The notes: a model not told the origin generated them from the letters alone. A stretch of DNA of 64,000 nucleotides from Spirochaetia bacterium (GCA_963675665.1 OY776510.1:3040001-3104000); one strand, 5' to 3'. Shown: positions 20,004 through 30,711, counted from the first letter of the stretch. Numbers and translations are program-made.

Positions 20004-21520
20004 TGGAGAAGTGGATTCTTCCTTTTTGTATAACAATATCATATACGATTATTACGGTTTTCCTGGGTCTCAAATCGAGAGGCAAAATGAATATGCGGAA
20101 AATGGAGAACTGGTCGATAAGCGGAAATACTATCGGGGTTGTCGTCACTTTTTTTCTGTGCGGAGCAGCTAATATCAGTGCATATACTTTTATGGGTGCT
20201 CCTGCCTGGGGATATTTAAAAGGTGTTGCAGCCTTTTATATTCTGGTAGGTTTGTCATTAACTGCTTTTACCGGATATCTTGCCGGCCCAAGAATTAATA
20301 AACTTGCACAGAAAGAAAAGATAATTACCCTGGCTGAAGCATACGGGATAAGGTATGAAAGTAAATTCCTGAGGGCGGTAACCGGTATTGTAGGCGGATT
20401 GGCAACAATAGGAATGTCGGTAATACAGATAATCGGCGTCGGATATATTCTTTTTGTAATGAGCGGAAAACATCTGCCTTTATGGGCCGGTCAGCTGATT
20501 GTGTTAATTGCAATTTTTATCTATGTATTTATCAGCGGAGTGAGGGCTATAGGCTGGACGAATGTTCTGCAGGGCATAATGATGTTTATTTTATCCATCG
20601 CCGTATGCCTGCTGATTATGAATAAGATAAACGGGAATATAAACCTGGGTAGTGTGTTTACAGCTGTAGCTGAAGTAAAACCGGCACATTTAACTTTACC
20701 TGGTTCTTTGGGTGATATGCCGCCTGTTTTCTGGACGACTTCCGCTATAGTGACAATGTTGTCTTTCTGGCCCGGGTATTGGACAAGTTATGCCAGCGCC
20801 AAATCGGAAAGCACGGTAAGAAATGCAAATATTTACCTTCCCGTATATTATCTGATTATGGCTCCTATGATTATCGTCGGCTTTATCAGTGTTTATGCCT
20901 ATACGGAATATAAAGGTCCGGCCGACAGCGTGGCTTTAAGTTTTATTATGAAGGAGTTACCCTGGTGGGTTGTCGGTTTGTTCGGCGCCGGGGTTCTGGC
21001 TTCAGCCCAGTCGACCAGTGAACCGCAATTTCATACAACTGCTTTAACTCTTTCTCATGATGTGATTATGCCGTTTAAAAAAGAAAAAGCCGGGAAAACG
21101 GAAGGTCTGCTGCAACGATGGCTGCTTCTGCCTGTAATGTTTGGAATAGTCCTTCCTCTGGCAATATTAAAACCGGCCAATATGGTTTATATAAATCTTT
21201 TCTGTATTGGATTTGTGGTACAACTTACGCCGCTTTTATTATTCGGAATATTTCTCTGGCCCAGAAGCACAAAAGCCGGAGCTGCAGCGGGAGTTATAGC
21301 CGGAGTAATAGTGGTTATAGCATGCAATTTTATATGGAAGAATCCGCTTGGAATTCATGCCGGTATCTGGGGATGGATGTTTAATATACCAATTCACATT
21401 ATTGTCAGCCTTGTAACACGTCCTGTAAAGAGAGAGACGCTGGAAAAATTCCATGACAAAGAAATAGTTAATGAATTCTATAAAGTGAACGCAGCAGAAG
21501 GAATAAGCAGGCAAGGTTAG
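20003..21520 (+). CDS. Sodium:solute symporter (SSS family)
   Basis: About 13 TM helices. Motifs SAYTFMGAPAWGY, GVRAIGWTNVLQG, GVLASAQST and WPRSTKAGAAAG. Confidence 0.9.
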   Translation: MEKWILPFCITISYTIITVFLGLKSRGKMNMRKMENWSISGNTIGVVVTFFLCGAANISAYTFMGAPAWGYLKGVAAFYILVGLSLTAFTGYLAGPRINKLAQKEKIITLAEAYGIRYESKFLRAVTGIVGGLATIGMSVIQIIGVGYILFVMSGKHLPLWAGQLIVLIAIFIYVFISGVRAIGWTNVLQGIMMFILSIAVCLLIMNKINGNINLGSVFTAVAEVKPAHLTLPGSLGDMPPVFWTTSAIVTMLSFWPGYWTSYASAKSESTVRNANIYLPVYYLIMAPMIIVGFISVYAYTEYKGPADSVALSFIMKELPWWVVGLFGAGVLASAQSTSEPQFHTTALTLSHDVIMPFKKEKAGKTEGLLQRWLLLPVMFGIVLPLAILKPANMVYINLFCIGFVVQLTPLLLFGIFLWPRSTKAGAAAGVIAGVIVVIACNFIWKNPLGIHAGIWGWMFNIPIHIIVSLVTRPVKRETLEKFHDKEIVNEFYKVNAAEGISRQG

Positions 21521-21552
21521 CAAATTAAACTGCAAAATATCAGGAGTACTTA

Positions 21553-23193
21553 ATGAAAGAAATATATACAAATACGTATGAGCCCGAATATGCTGATACG
21601 GTATTTTTAAATGGTAAAGTAATAACTGTAAATTCCAGGAACGAGATAGCGGAAGCGGTTGCTGTAAAAGAAAATAAAATAAAATTTTGCGGTTCAAAAA
21701 ACAGAGTTAAAGACTGGATTGGAAGTGAAACCGAGGTTATAGATTTAAACGGCAGAATTCTTATGCCCGGATTTATTGACAGTCATATGCATTTTCAGGT
21801 GATGGGAATGCTGATGGGGCCGATACTGAATGTTAATTTTGAAAATGCAGAATCGATAAAAGATATTCAAAAATTGATAGCGGATAAAGTAAAAGACAAG
21901 AAGCCGGGAGAATGGATTGTCTGTGCCGGATACGATAATAACAAACTGAAAGAAAAAAGGCATCCGGGAATTGAAGAGCTTGATGTTGTCGCTCCGGATA
22001 ATCCTGTAAGAGTCGGCCGATGTGACGGGCATATGGGGGTCTGTAATTCTCTTGCTTTAAAAATTGCCGGGATATCGGCGGATTCCGGACCTTCGGATGA
22101 AGTAATAGTTGAAAACGGAAAACTGACCGGACTGCTGAAAGAGATGACTTTTATCAACGTGGCGAACCATTTTCAGTTTACTGAAGAAGATTTGCTTGAA
22201 GGTTTAAAGGCCGGAAACGAACTGATGCTGAAATACGGTATTACTACTGTTCATGATGCGGGGCTGGAAGGCCCCGGCGGTATGCGTTTTATTGAAACCG
22301 CCAGCAGAGCCGGGGATATTAAAGTAAGATTGCATGTAATGATTTCCGATCTTTCAGGTTTTGAGAAAAATGAAAGGTTACTGGAATCCTATATTAAAAC
22401 AGGTTTGACCAGCGGATTTGGTAATGAGCGTTTTTCGATTGGACCGTTTAAGATAATAACGGACGGCAGCAGCAGCGGACCCACATGTGTTATGAAGGAA
22501 CCATTTTCTCATGATTCGAATTTAAAAGGATTTCCGCTATGTACACCGGAAGACGCGGAGAGGGTGCTGACAAAGGCTCATAATGCAGGAAACCGGATAA
22601 CCGGTCACGCTCAGGGAGATTTCTCGATTGATTTTTTACTCGATATCATCGGGAAAATTATGAATGGCAATCAGGGTACAGCCTGCAGACCCCGAATTGA
22701 GCATGCCGGAATGATGACGCCTGCTCTTATTGAAAAGATGAAAAAGTATAATGTGATACCTACACCGAATCCGGGATTTATCGAATTATACGGCAGCGAT
22801 TATAAAAGGTTTTACGGAGAAAGGGTTGGTTATATGTATCCGCTTAAATCGTATCTGGATGCCGGTATTCCGGCTGCAATAGGTTCTGATGCGCCTGTAA
22901 ATAATTGTAATCCGATGCTGGCTTTATACGGAGCAGTTACACGTACCGATTCAAGAACAAAAGAGATTATAGGTGAAAAACAAAAAATTAATATTATCGA
23001 TGCAATCCGTATGTATACATATAACGGCGCTTATGCAAGCTTTGAAGAAAAAATCAAGGGGAGTATTGAGACCGGAAAGCTTGCGGATTTGATTGTTCTT
23101 TCTGAAGACATACTGTCCGTCGATTGCGAAGATATCAGGAAAATTGAAGTTGACCTGACAATGATAGACGGTGAAATAGTTTACAGGCGTTGA
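21553..23193 (+). CDS. Amidohydrolase family 3 (YtcJ-like)
   Basis: Motifs IDLNGRILMPGFIDSHMH, HAQGD, RIEHA, GSDAP and KGSIETGKLADLIVL. Confidence 0.92.
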   Translation: MKEIYTNTYEPEYADTVFLNGKVITVNSRNEIAEAVAVKENKIKFCGSKNRVKDWIGSETEVIDLNGRILMPGFIDSHMHFQVMGMLMGPILNVNFENAESIKDIQKLIADKVKDKKPGEWIVCAGYDNNKLKEKRHPGIEELDVVAPDNPVRVGRCDGHMGVCNSLALKIAGISADSGPSDEVIVENGKLTGLLKEMTFINVANHFQFTEEDLLEGLKAGNELMLKYGITTVHDAGLEGPGGMRFIETASRAGDIKVRLHVMISDLSGFEKNERLLESYIKTGLTSGFGNERFSIGPFKIITDGSSSGPTCVMKEPFSHDSNLKGFPLCTPEDAERVLTKAHNAGNRITGHAQGDFSIDFLLDIIGKIMNGNQGTACRPRIEHAGMMTPALIEKMKKYNVIPTPNPGFIELYGSDYKRFYGERVGYMYPLKSYLDAGIPAAIGSDAPVNNCNPMLALYGAVTRTDSRTKEIIGEKQKINIIDAIRMYTYNGAYASFEEKIKGSIETGKLADLIVLSEDILSVDCEDIRKIEVDLTMIDGEIVYRR

Positions 23194-23227
23194 TTATATT
23201 CAAATTGTATATTAACTGGAGAAGAAA

Positions 23228-24583
23228 ATGGAATATGGATTTTTATCAACAATACCGATACTTACTCTTATTATTGGAGTAGTAATAACAAAAAAGATGA
23301 CTGAAATGCTGCTTCTATCCACTCTGGTTGGGGCAGTGATTATATTTAGAGGAGGCTTTTTCAGCGGTTATATCAGTTTGCTCTATGGGACTATAAGTGC
23401 TGAATCATATCAGTTTCTTTTTCTAATCCTTCTCGGTTTCGGACCTTTTATTACCCTGTTTGAAAAATCCGGAGCAATGATGGGTTTTTCCAAAATAATG
23501 TCAAAACTTGCAAGAACTAAAAAACTTGCATTATTTTCAACCTGGCTCCTGGGGATAATTATTTTTATTGACGACTATTTAAACGCTCTCACTGTGTCAG
23601 CTTCAATGAAGCATATAACCGACAGGCTGGGAATCCCACGGGAACATCTCGCATATACGGTGAATTCAATGGGGGCCTGCGTCTGCGTGTTAATTCCGTT
23701 TACCAGCTGGGCGGCTTTTGCAATCGGGTGCATGGGAAATTTCAATATGGGGTTCTATGATTATATTAAGACGATTCCGTATATGTTTTATCCGTGGATT
23801 GCAATAGTAATAAGTCTTTTGCTGGGCATAGGTTTATTTCCAAAAATCGGGCCGATGAAAAAAGCCTACGTCCGTGTTGAAAACGGCGGAACAACAACAT
23901 TGCCGGTTGTTGAAGACGGACCAAAACCGATAATTAATATTGAGAGTGCGGAAGATGTTGCACCAGGAAACCCAATCAATTTTATTTTACCTGTTATTGT
24001 ATTGGTAGCTGCAATGATTTTTTTTAATAATGATTTAATTCACGGTTTGATAGCAGGTTTGATAACACAGGCCATACTGTATATCGGTCAGAAAATTATG
24101 AAACCGGTCGCGTTTGTTAATGGTTTTATGGAAGGTATTACCAATATGGCCAACCTGATATTCGTAATATTAATCGGCTTTACCCTTGCCGGTATTAACG
24201 AGCAGCTTGGTTTCTCGGAATACATGATAGATGTTTTTACAAGAAACATTCATCCCGCTTTTCTTCCTGCAATTACTTTTATATTAAGCGCGTTAGTTGC
24301 GTTTGCATCCGGCAGCTTCTGGGCTTTGGTAGTCATTGCCGCCCCGGTTTTTATTCCATTGGCCCAGAATCTCGGTATGAATCCACTGATTCTTGTTGCT
24401 GGTATCATGTCGGGAATTGCTTTGGGAAGTCAGGCCTGTTTTTATTCGGATGCTGTTTTTATGACGGCTGCGGGAACAGGTGTTTCAAATGTACCCCAGG
24501 TTAAAGCCGCTTTGCCGTATGTAGGCATAGGAACTGCAATTGCAATAATCGGATTCCTGATAGTTGGTTTTGCAGCAGTATAA
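23228..24583 (+). CDS. Na+/H+ antiporter NhaC-family transporter (probable amino-acid/organic-acid carrier)
   Basis: Polytopic. Motifs IFIDDYLNAL, REHLAY, FASGSFW and GSQACFYSDA. Confidence 0.85.
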   Translation: MEYGFLSTIPILTLIIGVVITKKMTEMLLLSTLVGAVIIFRGGFFSGYISLLYGTISAESYQFLFLILLGFGPFITLFEKSGAMMGFSKIMSKLARTKKLALFSTWLLGIIIFIDDYLNALTVSASMKHITDRLGIPREHLAYTVNSMGACVCVLIPFTSWAAFAIGCMGNFNMGFYDYIKTIPYMFYPWIAIVISLLLGIGLFPKIGPMKKAYVRVENGGTTTLPVVEDGPKPIINIESAEDVAPGNPINFILPVIVLVAAMIFFNNDLIHGLIAGLITQAILYIGQKIMKPVAFVNGFMEGITNMANLIFVILIGFTLAGINEQLGFSEYMIDVFTRNIHPAFLPAITFILSALVAFASGSFWALVVIAAPVFIPLAQNLGMNPLILVAGIMSGIALGSQACFYSDAVFMTAAGTGVSNVPQVKAALPYVGIGTAIAIIGFLIVGFAAV

Positions 24584-24601
24584 AATTAAAGGAGAAAAAT
24601 A

Positions 24602-25741
24602 ATGAAAAAAGCAACAGCATATTTACTTAATCACGAAGGGACAAATGAAGAAATCGGGCGGCGCCTGGGGGAATGGATTAAGTCCGTACCGGAAGGCGAG
24701 AAATGGCTGGATATCCCTGTGGATATTTTCCCGAAAAAAGATGTCCGCAAGATAGAAGAAATGTATAAAATATATGATAAATTCTGTCCCGGTATAAATG
24801 AGGAAATCAGCAGTTTTGCCGAAGCAATAGATACAGATGCTGAAAAGGTTTTCTTTTATTTAATAAGTTTTATGAATGCCGGATGTAACGTAATGGGTGT
24901 AAGACCGGAACGGAATATCGACGGGCATACCATTCTCGCATATACATATGATTTTACGGATACCCTCGAAGAAATGTGTCTTGCCGGCAACGCGGTAAAA
25001 AATAAGTACAGGTATGCCGGATCTCAGTGCAATGTTTTCGGCCGCAGCAACGGAATCAATGAGCATGGGCTTGCAATGTGCCAGTCTTCAAACGGGATTC
25101 CGGTAACTAATGTTGAAGGAATGGGCCTGGACGCAAAAGTAACCGGATTAACATTCTGGTGTGTGATACGAAGTCTGCTGGAGAATTGCAGGGATATTTA
25201 TGAAGCCCTTGCATATCTGAAAGATATGCCGATCGCATATAATATGAATTTGATGATGGGCGACAAGTCCGGGGATGTTGTTTTATTTGAAAATCTGGAC
25301 GGATTCAAACTTCATAAAATTGTTTCGAGTTCTGATGATCAAGAATGTATATTCGCAAGTAACCACGCTGTTTTACCCGAAATGCTCGATATTGAAAAAC
25401 AGAGATGGAATTGTTCGGTAATCCGGTATAGAAAAATCAGGGAACTTTTCTTATCAAAAGAAAAAATAAAAAAGGATGATATAAAACAGCTTATATCAAA
25501 AAAATATCCCGATGGATTATGTACTCATTATTACGGAATGGAATATATGTTCGGTATGCTTTACAGCGGCATACTTGATCCGCATGAAATGACAATCGAT
25601 GTTGTGTTCGGCAGTCCAGAATATAACCCGTGGCGAAAATTCGAAATAGACAAAAAGATTGATGAATCAGAGTTTGAGATTATACTTCCGTATGAAGATG
25701 CTCCTGACGGTTTTTATGAAATGACCGATGAATTGCCTTAA
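24602..25741 (+). CDS. C45 family peptidase/acyltransferase (second copy)
   Basis: Motifs CPGINEEISSFA, G|CN nucleophile, NGINEHGL, IRSLLENC and ASNH. Confidence 0.85.
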   Translation: MKKATAYLLNHEGTNEEIGRRLGEWIKSVPEGEKWLDIPVDIFPKKDVRKIEEMYKIYDKFCPGINEEISSFAEAIDTDAEKVFFYLISFMNAGCNVMGVRPERNIDGHTILAYTYDFTDTLEEMCLAGNAVKNKYRYAGSQCNVFGRSNGINEHGLAMCQSSNGIPVTNVEGMGLDAKVTGLTFWCVIRSLLENCRDIYEALAYLKDMPIAYNMNLMMGDKSGDVVLFENLDGFKLHKIVSSSDDQECIFASNHAVLPEMLDIEKQRWNCSVIRYRKIRELFLSKEKIKKDDIKQLISKKYPDGLCTHYYGMEYMFGMLYSGILDPHEMTIDVVFGSPEYNPWRKFEIDKKIDESEFEIILPYEDAPDGFYEMTDELP

Positions 25742-25760
25742 TCTGTCTTGATATAAATGT

Positions 25761-25786
25761 TCCGCAACAGCTGTAGCTGGTGCGGA
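25761..25786 (+). other. Intergenic stem-loop without U-tract (possible mRNA processing/stability hairpin)
   Basis: tccgca-a-cagct-gt-agctg-g-tgcgga. Confidence 0.35.
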
Positions 25787-25833
25787 GAAATCCTGACAAT
25801 CAGAATCCCTTTCAATAAATAGAGGATGCAAAT

Positions 25834-27045
25834 ATGAACAAAATTGAATCAAAAGTAAAATTATTACCAGGGGTATCAATAATCGTTTTTCTTGCAATTA
25901 TGCTATATCTGGGAATGTTGAGGATTGAAGAAACTCTTTTGGAAAGTCCGAAGATTTACGGATATTTTGAATTGGTTTCACAAATGCAAAACAGGATTAT
26001 GTCAAAGATTTTCTGGATACTGGGAGATTATACGGAAGCTGTTTTATATAAATCTTTACCGGCAAGCCTCGGTTTGCTGGCCGGAAGTATAATTGCTCAT
26101 ATTTTATGCAGGAAGAAGCCTGAGTTTAAAATTTATTCCGTTTCATTCGGAATGGGCTTACTTCCCTGGATTTTATTCAGTACCTTCATCGGATTAACAA
26201 TATCAACCTTTATATATTCCAAAGATGTCGCACTTCTTGGCTGGGCCCCGACTTTTTTGCCGGGATGCTCAATTCCTGCAGCGTTGATTGTCATGTATGG
26301 GGGCGGCTGGAGAACTACCGTCACAGGAGGAGTGCTGGCGGGAGTGATACAATTCCCGTTCGCAAAAATCGGGGTTTTTATTGCAACAAAGCTGCAACTG
26401 CCTCCGTTCACATTTATTACAATTATCGGAATGTGTATTTCCAGCATTATTGTAATAGAAATATTCAGAATCCTGCCGTGGAACAGGGGGCTGGTAAAAG
26501 GAAATGTCGCCCCGCATTATGATCCATATGTTAAAAAGAATGATATTGCTCCAAAGCTGTCTGTTTTCTGGCTTCTTCGCAGAGGAATAACGGATTTAAC
26601 AGAACTTTCCTTTATTGGAAGTGAGATTGCAGCCGTTGGTTTGCTTTTGGGAGCAGTAGTCAGCTGGCTGTTGAACCCCGCCCATATTTGTTACGGGATC
26701 CCGAAATTATTTCCTGCAATTCTGCTGACACAAATATTAAGCGGAGTTCTTTGTGCATATATCTATTTTAGTAAATGGAGAGATAAAGGATATCACTATA
26801 CTTTTGCTTCTGTCATAGGCGCCTCTGTTTGTGTAATGCATTTCGGAGTATCATTACCAATAATTCTTGTTTCAGTGATTTTAAATGTATTAATTACTAC
26901 TCCCATTGTCAGCTTCGGTGCCGAATTCATGATGAAAAAAGTTCGACGTTATCCTGTAATGTGTGGCGTAGTTGTTTGTATGGGCTTTTGTATTGGAGGA
27001 ATTTCATTTGTTATGAGATTTATTCTGACAGCAGTATTCCTATAA
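25834..27045 (+). CDS. Polytopic membrane protein with internal duplication; putative transporter/channel
   Basis: 403 aa with about 10-11 TM segments. The halves align: DYTEAVLYKSLPASLGLLAGSIIAHIL versus DLTELSFIGSEIAAVGLLLGAVVSWLL. Confidence 0.7.
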   Translation: MNKIESKVKLLPGVSIIVFLAIMLYLGMLRIEETLLESPKIYGYFELVSQMQNRIMSKIFWILGDYTEAVLYKSLPASLGLLAGSIIAHILCRKKPEFKIYSVSFGMGLLPWILFSTFIGLTISTFIYSKDVALLGWAPTFLPGCSIPAALIVMYGGGWRTTVTGGVLAGVIQFPFAKIGVFIATKLQLPPFTFITIIGMCISSIIVIEIFRILPWNRGLVKGNVAPHYDPYVKKNDIAPKLSVFWLLRRGITDLTELSFIGSEIAAVGLLLGAVVSWLLNPAHICYGIPKLFPAILLTQILSGVLCAYIYFSKWRDKGYHYTFASVIGASVCVMHFGVSLPIILVSVILNVLITTPIVSFGAEFMMKKVRRYPVMCGVVVCMGFCIGGISFVMRFILTAVFL

Positions 27046-27067
27046 ATGCTGAAGGAGGGGAAGCAGA

Positions 27068-27898
27068 ATGAAAATAAGTGTACTGATTGAAAATACTACA
27101 TATAAAAAGGATATTTTAGCAGAGCACGGTTTGTCGTTATTTATAGAAACAGATAACTGCAAAATTCTTTTTGATGCCGGGCAGACTGATGCATTGATAA
27201 AAAATGCTGAAACAATGAATATTTCTTTAGCCGATATTGATTATGTGGTAATAAGTCACGGCCATTTTGATCATACCGGAGGCTTGCCTCAATTCTGCAG
27301 AATCAATAAAAAGGCGGAAGTGTATATTCACCGGGACTCTTTTGGAGATTTTTACGGTGAAGATAAAGATGGATTGTCTGACGGTTTAAAAACAGGTATC
27401 TTATGGACAGAAAGAGAAACTGAAGAAACAAGAGACAGATTGTCATATACAGCAGGCCCATATTGGATTAACGACGATATGGTTATTTCAGGAACAATTC
27501 CCGATACGATTAGAGCTGAACAAACTGAAAAATTTCTTGTTAAAAAAGATAAAGATAAATACATAAAAGACAATATGGATCATGAACAGATCCTGGTTCT
27601 CAAAGAAAAAGAAAAACTATATATATTTTCCGGATGCAGTCATACCGGTGTTATTGCGGCTGTAAATTATGCAAAATATTTTTTTCCGGAAACTGAAATT
27701 AAACTGTTTGCCGCCGGGATGCATCTTTTTAACAGCAGTTCTGATGAAAGGAAAAAAATATTCAGGAATTTATTCGAAGAAAATATTGATTATATACTGC
27801 CTTTTCACTGTACGGGATCTATGGCCATTTTTGAATTAAAAAATTACCTTGAAGACAAATGTAAAATTCTTAATGCAGGTGATTGCATCGATGTTTAA
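27068..27898 (+). CDS. MBL-fold metallo-hydrolase (COG1237-like)
   Basis: Motifs AEHGLSL, ILFDAGQ, SHGHFDHTGG, HEQ, GCSHTG, GMHL and HCTG. Confidence 0.9.
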   Translation: MKISVLIENTTYKKDILAEHGLSLFIETDNCKILFDAGQTDALIKNAETMNISLADIDYVVISHGHFDHTGGLPQFCRINKKAEVYIHRDSFGDFYGEDKDGLSDGLKTGILWTERETEETRDRLSYTAGPYWINDDMVISGTIPDTIRAEQTEKFLVKKDKDKYIKDNMDHEQILVLKEKEKLYIFSGCSHTGVIAAVNYAKYFFPETEIKLFAAGMHLFNSSSDERKKIFRNLFEENIDYILPFHCTGSMAIFELKNYLEDKCKILNAGDCIDV

Positions 27899-27975
27899 TC
27901 CATTATAAAATTCAAAGATATTAAAAAACATTATTACAACTGAAGAACATGTGTTAGAATCGATCTGGCATAATT

Positions 27976-29187
27976 ATGGAACAGTACTTAACTCACGGTG
28001 TTATTTTTCTAATAAGCATGTTGCTGATTTTAACGGGGCTTATCGAGTATTATCTGCATAATAAAAAATTGTCTAAAATACCTGTCAGAATATTGGTTAA
28101 CGGAAGCCGGGGGAAATCTACTGTAACCAGATTAATTTCTTCAGTTCTGACAGAAGCGGGGTATTCGGTTACAGCCCGAGTGACCGGGACTAATGCAATG
28201 CATATTTTGGATGATGGTTCAGAGGCGCCGGTTAAAAGAAAAGCTGGTCCGCGGATTATTGAAATAATCGATACTATCAGGATTGCAGAAAAAAGAAATT
28301 CTGATGCTGTTGTTATTGAGTGTATGGCTCTCGTTCCCGAGTATCAGAAGTTACTGGCATCAACAATGGTAAAACCGGGCTTTACGGTTATTACAAATGT
28401 GAGAGCGGATCATCTTGATGTAATGGGTCCTGAATTGAATGATATTGCCGAATCTTTCGCTTCGACAATATATAAAAATGGAAAGGTGATCGAAGCCGGG
28501 TCCGATTATATGGGCGTTTTTAGAAAAGCGGCAAAAATCAATTCGGCAGAAATTATAAGTGCAAGTAACGGAATAAACCGGGTTGATTCTGAAATAATCA
28601 AAGACCTTTCCGGTATCAGAGAGAACCTGGAAATTGTTTTGGCCCTTGGCAGGGAAATGGGAATCCCGTCAGCGGACATTTTCGCAGGCATAAAAAAAGC
28701 AAGCCATGAAAGCGGAGGAGTGTTCAAGTTTCGAATATCAGTTGGCAATATTTGTATAAATGCTTTGAATTTTTTTTCAGCTAATGATCCTGAATCAACT
28801 GAAAAACTGATAAAAATGAATATAAATCGAAATGAACCAGTCATTTTAATATATAATCATAGAGCGGATCGTGTTGAACGAGGTCTCCAGTTCTGCAGTT
28901 TTTTTAATAAATGCAGCCGATTGTATAATGTCGAAGGTATTGTTTTTATAGGAGAGGGAACTTTTCCATTTGCACGAAGGCTGCAAAAAACGGGATGGCC
29001 AAAGCATAAACTGATAAGGAAAAGAAGATTGAACAGTATAGAGAATTTCATGCAGCAAATCCTGTTGCATTTTAATATAGATAACAATACATCTGCAGAA
29101 TATTCAGTTGCAGTAATCGGTGTCGGAAACATCTCGGGCTACGGTGCTGATATAGTTGACTACTGGAACAGTTGCAAAAGGATTTAG
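27976..29187 (+). CDS. pgsB: Poly-gamma-glutamate synthase PgsB/CapB
   Basis: Motifs RILVNGSRGKSTVTRLI, IECMALVPEYQ, ITNVRADHLDVMGP, FSANDPEST and RADR; next to pgsC. Confidence 0.9.
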   Translation: MEQYLTHGVIFLISMLLILTGLIEYYLHNKKLSKIPVRILVNGSRGKSTVTRLISSVLTEAGYSVTARVTGTNAMHILDDGSEAPVKRKAGPRIIEIIDTIRIAEKRNSDAVVIECMALVPEYQKLLASTMVKPGFTVITNVRADHLDVMGPELNDIAESFASTIYKNGKVIEAGSDYMGVFRKAAKINSAEIISASNGINRVDSEIIKDLSGIRENLEIVLALGREMGIPSADIFAGIKKASHESGGVFKFRISVGNICINALNFFSANDPESTEKLIKMNINRNEPVILIYNHRADRVERGLQFCSFFNKCSRLYNVEGIVFIGEGTFPFARRLQKTGWPKHKLIRKRRLNSIENFMQQILLHFNIDNNTSAEYSVAVIGVGNISGYGADIVDYWNSCKRI

Positions 29188-29188
29188 A

Positions 29189-29635
29189 ATGCTGGAACTT
29201 TCAATCGGTCTTGGAATTTTCGGAGGGTTGTTGCTTTTTGAGTTGCTTGGATATTCACCAGGCGGTATTGTAACACCCGGATATCTTGCATTATTTATAG
29301 ATCAACCACTCAGAATCCTGGGCACTATTATTGTAGCGCTTATCACATATTTAATTATCCATTATCTGTCAAAAGTAATTATTTTATTTGGAAAGCGGCG
29401 GTTTGCATTAACCATTCTAACAGGTTTTACAATAGGCTGGTTATGGAGTTTTCTGCTTGCTGAATATGCGGTGACCAGCCAGGAATTGAAGGTTATCGGT
29501 TTTATTATTCCGGGATTAATAGCCAATGAAATGAGTAAACAGGGGATAACAGAAACTGTTTCTTCAGTTGTAATTGTTACGGCATTTGTAAAGATAGCAA
29601 CGGCAGCGGTGGGGTCTGCATTAATACTCGTATGA
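29189..29635 (+). CDS. pgsC: Poly-gamma-glutamate biosynthesis protein PgsC/CapC
   Basis: Motifs SPGGIVTPGYLAL, LFGKRRF and IGFIIPGLIANEM. ATG 29189 follows the pgsB stop. Confidence 0.92.
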   Translation: MLELSIGLGIFGGLLLFELLGYSPGGIVTPGYLALFIDQPLRILGTIIVALITYLIIHYLSKVIILFGKRRFALTILTGFTIGWLWSFLLAEYAVTSQELKVIGFIIPGLIANEMSKQGITETVSSVVIVTAFVKIATAAVGSALILV

Positions 29636-30711
29636 AGAAAAAAAGGTCTACCTTACATCTTTTTATTATGGCAGCAGTATCGCTTGTTCTTATGTTTATA
29701 TCGGAATACACTCCTTTGAAAACCAAAGATGATTTATACGAATTAAAGGTTTCAGCAGCCTTAAACATGCAGGAAAGCCTGGCGGTTATTTACAATTACA
29801 GAATAGAAAATAATATTGATTATGATGAATTAAGTGATCCGAATAAGACAGGTGTAATTGGTACCGAATATTCAGAGATTACAACAACGCTTGGTCCTCT
29901 CGAAGTAAAACGTACCACCACAAACCCTGATTTTGCTGCCCTGATGGTTCAGCTTTTTACTGATATCGGTCTGGGAAAAGGAGACCTTATTGCCGTAGGT
30001 GCATCAGGTTCTTTCCCGGCATTGGCTATAGCAGTACAGGCGGCGGCAAATGTAATGGAAATGGATGTTCTGAGCATAATATCCATAGGCGCTTCAACAT
30101 ATGGAGCTACAGATATTGATTTGACTATTGCGGATATGGAAAGAGTATTGCTGGATGCAGGATATTATAAAACAAAATCTATCGGGGCCTCTGTAGGCGG
30201 TGAAGATGATGAATTGATTAATCCGATGTTTCCGGAGGCTTCCGCAATAGCAAATAATATAATCATCAGAAACAATATTACGACTATCGATACAGATTCT
30301 TTTCAGAATGCAGTTTTACAGCGCTGCGAACTTTATAGGAATAATGCCGGCGCAAGAGAAATATCAGCTTTTATAAATATTGGCGGTGCTGAAGTTAATG
30401 TCGGCAATGGAAGCGCGGGATATCGAATGGCGGCCGGACATGTAAAAAGAATGCCTGAATTGAAAAGCAGCGTTGCAGGCGTTATCCATTATATGTTTGA
30501 AGATAATATTCCGGTAATCAATCTGCTTAATATAAAAGAGTTATGCCTGAAGTACGATATTCCTTATGATCCGGTTCCTCTGCCGATACCCGGAACTTCC
30601 GGAATATATTATAAGAGTACGCCAACAGCATATTATGTTATTATTTTAATAATCTACCTGGGCATTATGTTCGGCATAATTATCAGAAACAGGAAAAAGA
30701 ATTATGTGTAA
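29632..30711 (+). CDS. pgsW: Poly-gamma-glutamate system protein (PgsW, TIGR04332-like)
   Basis: Motifs DPNKTGVIG.EYSEITTTLGPLEVKRTTTNPDFAA, GASGSFP, SIGASTYGA and INIGG; overlaps pgsC. Confidence 0.85.
   Translation: MKKKRSTLHLFIMAAVSLVLMFISEYTPLKTKDDLYELKVSAALNMQESLAVIYNYRIENNIDYDELSDPNKTGVIGTEYSEITTTLGPLEVKRTTTNPDFAALMVQLFTDIGLGKGDLIAVGASGSFPALAIAVQAAANVMEMDVLSIISIGASTYGATDIDLTIADMERVLLDAGYYKTKSIGASVGGEDDELINPMFPEASAIANNIIIRNNITTIDTDSFQNAVLQRCELYRNNAGAREISAFINIGGAEVNVGNGSAGYRMAAGHVKRMPELKSSVAGVIHYMFEDNIPVINLLNIKELCLKYDIPYDPVPLPIPGTSGIYYKSTPTAYYVIILIIYLGIMFGIIIRNRKKNYV

Noticed and set aside
27965-27980. TGGCATAAT resembling the -24 box of the sigma54 promoter, just before pgsB
   Set aside because: No GC at -12 (GG-N10-GA), and it overlaps the start codon.
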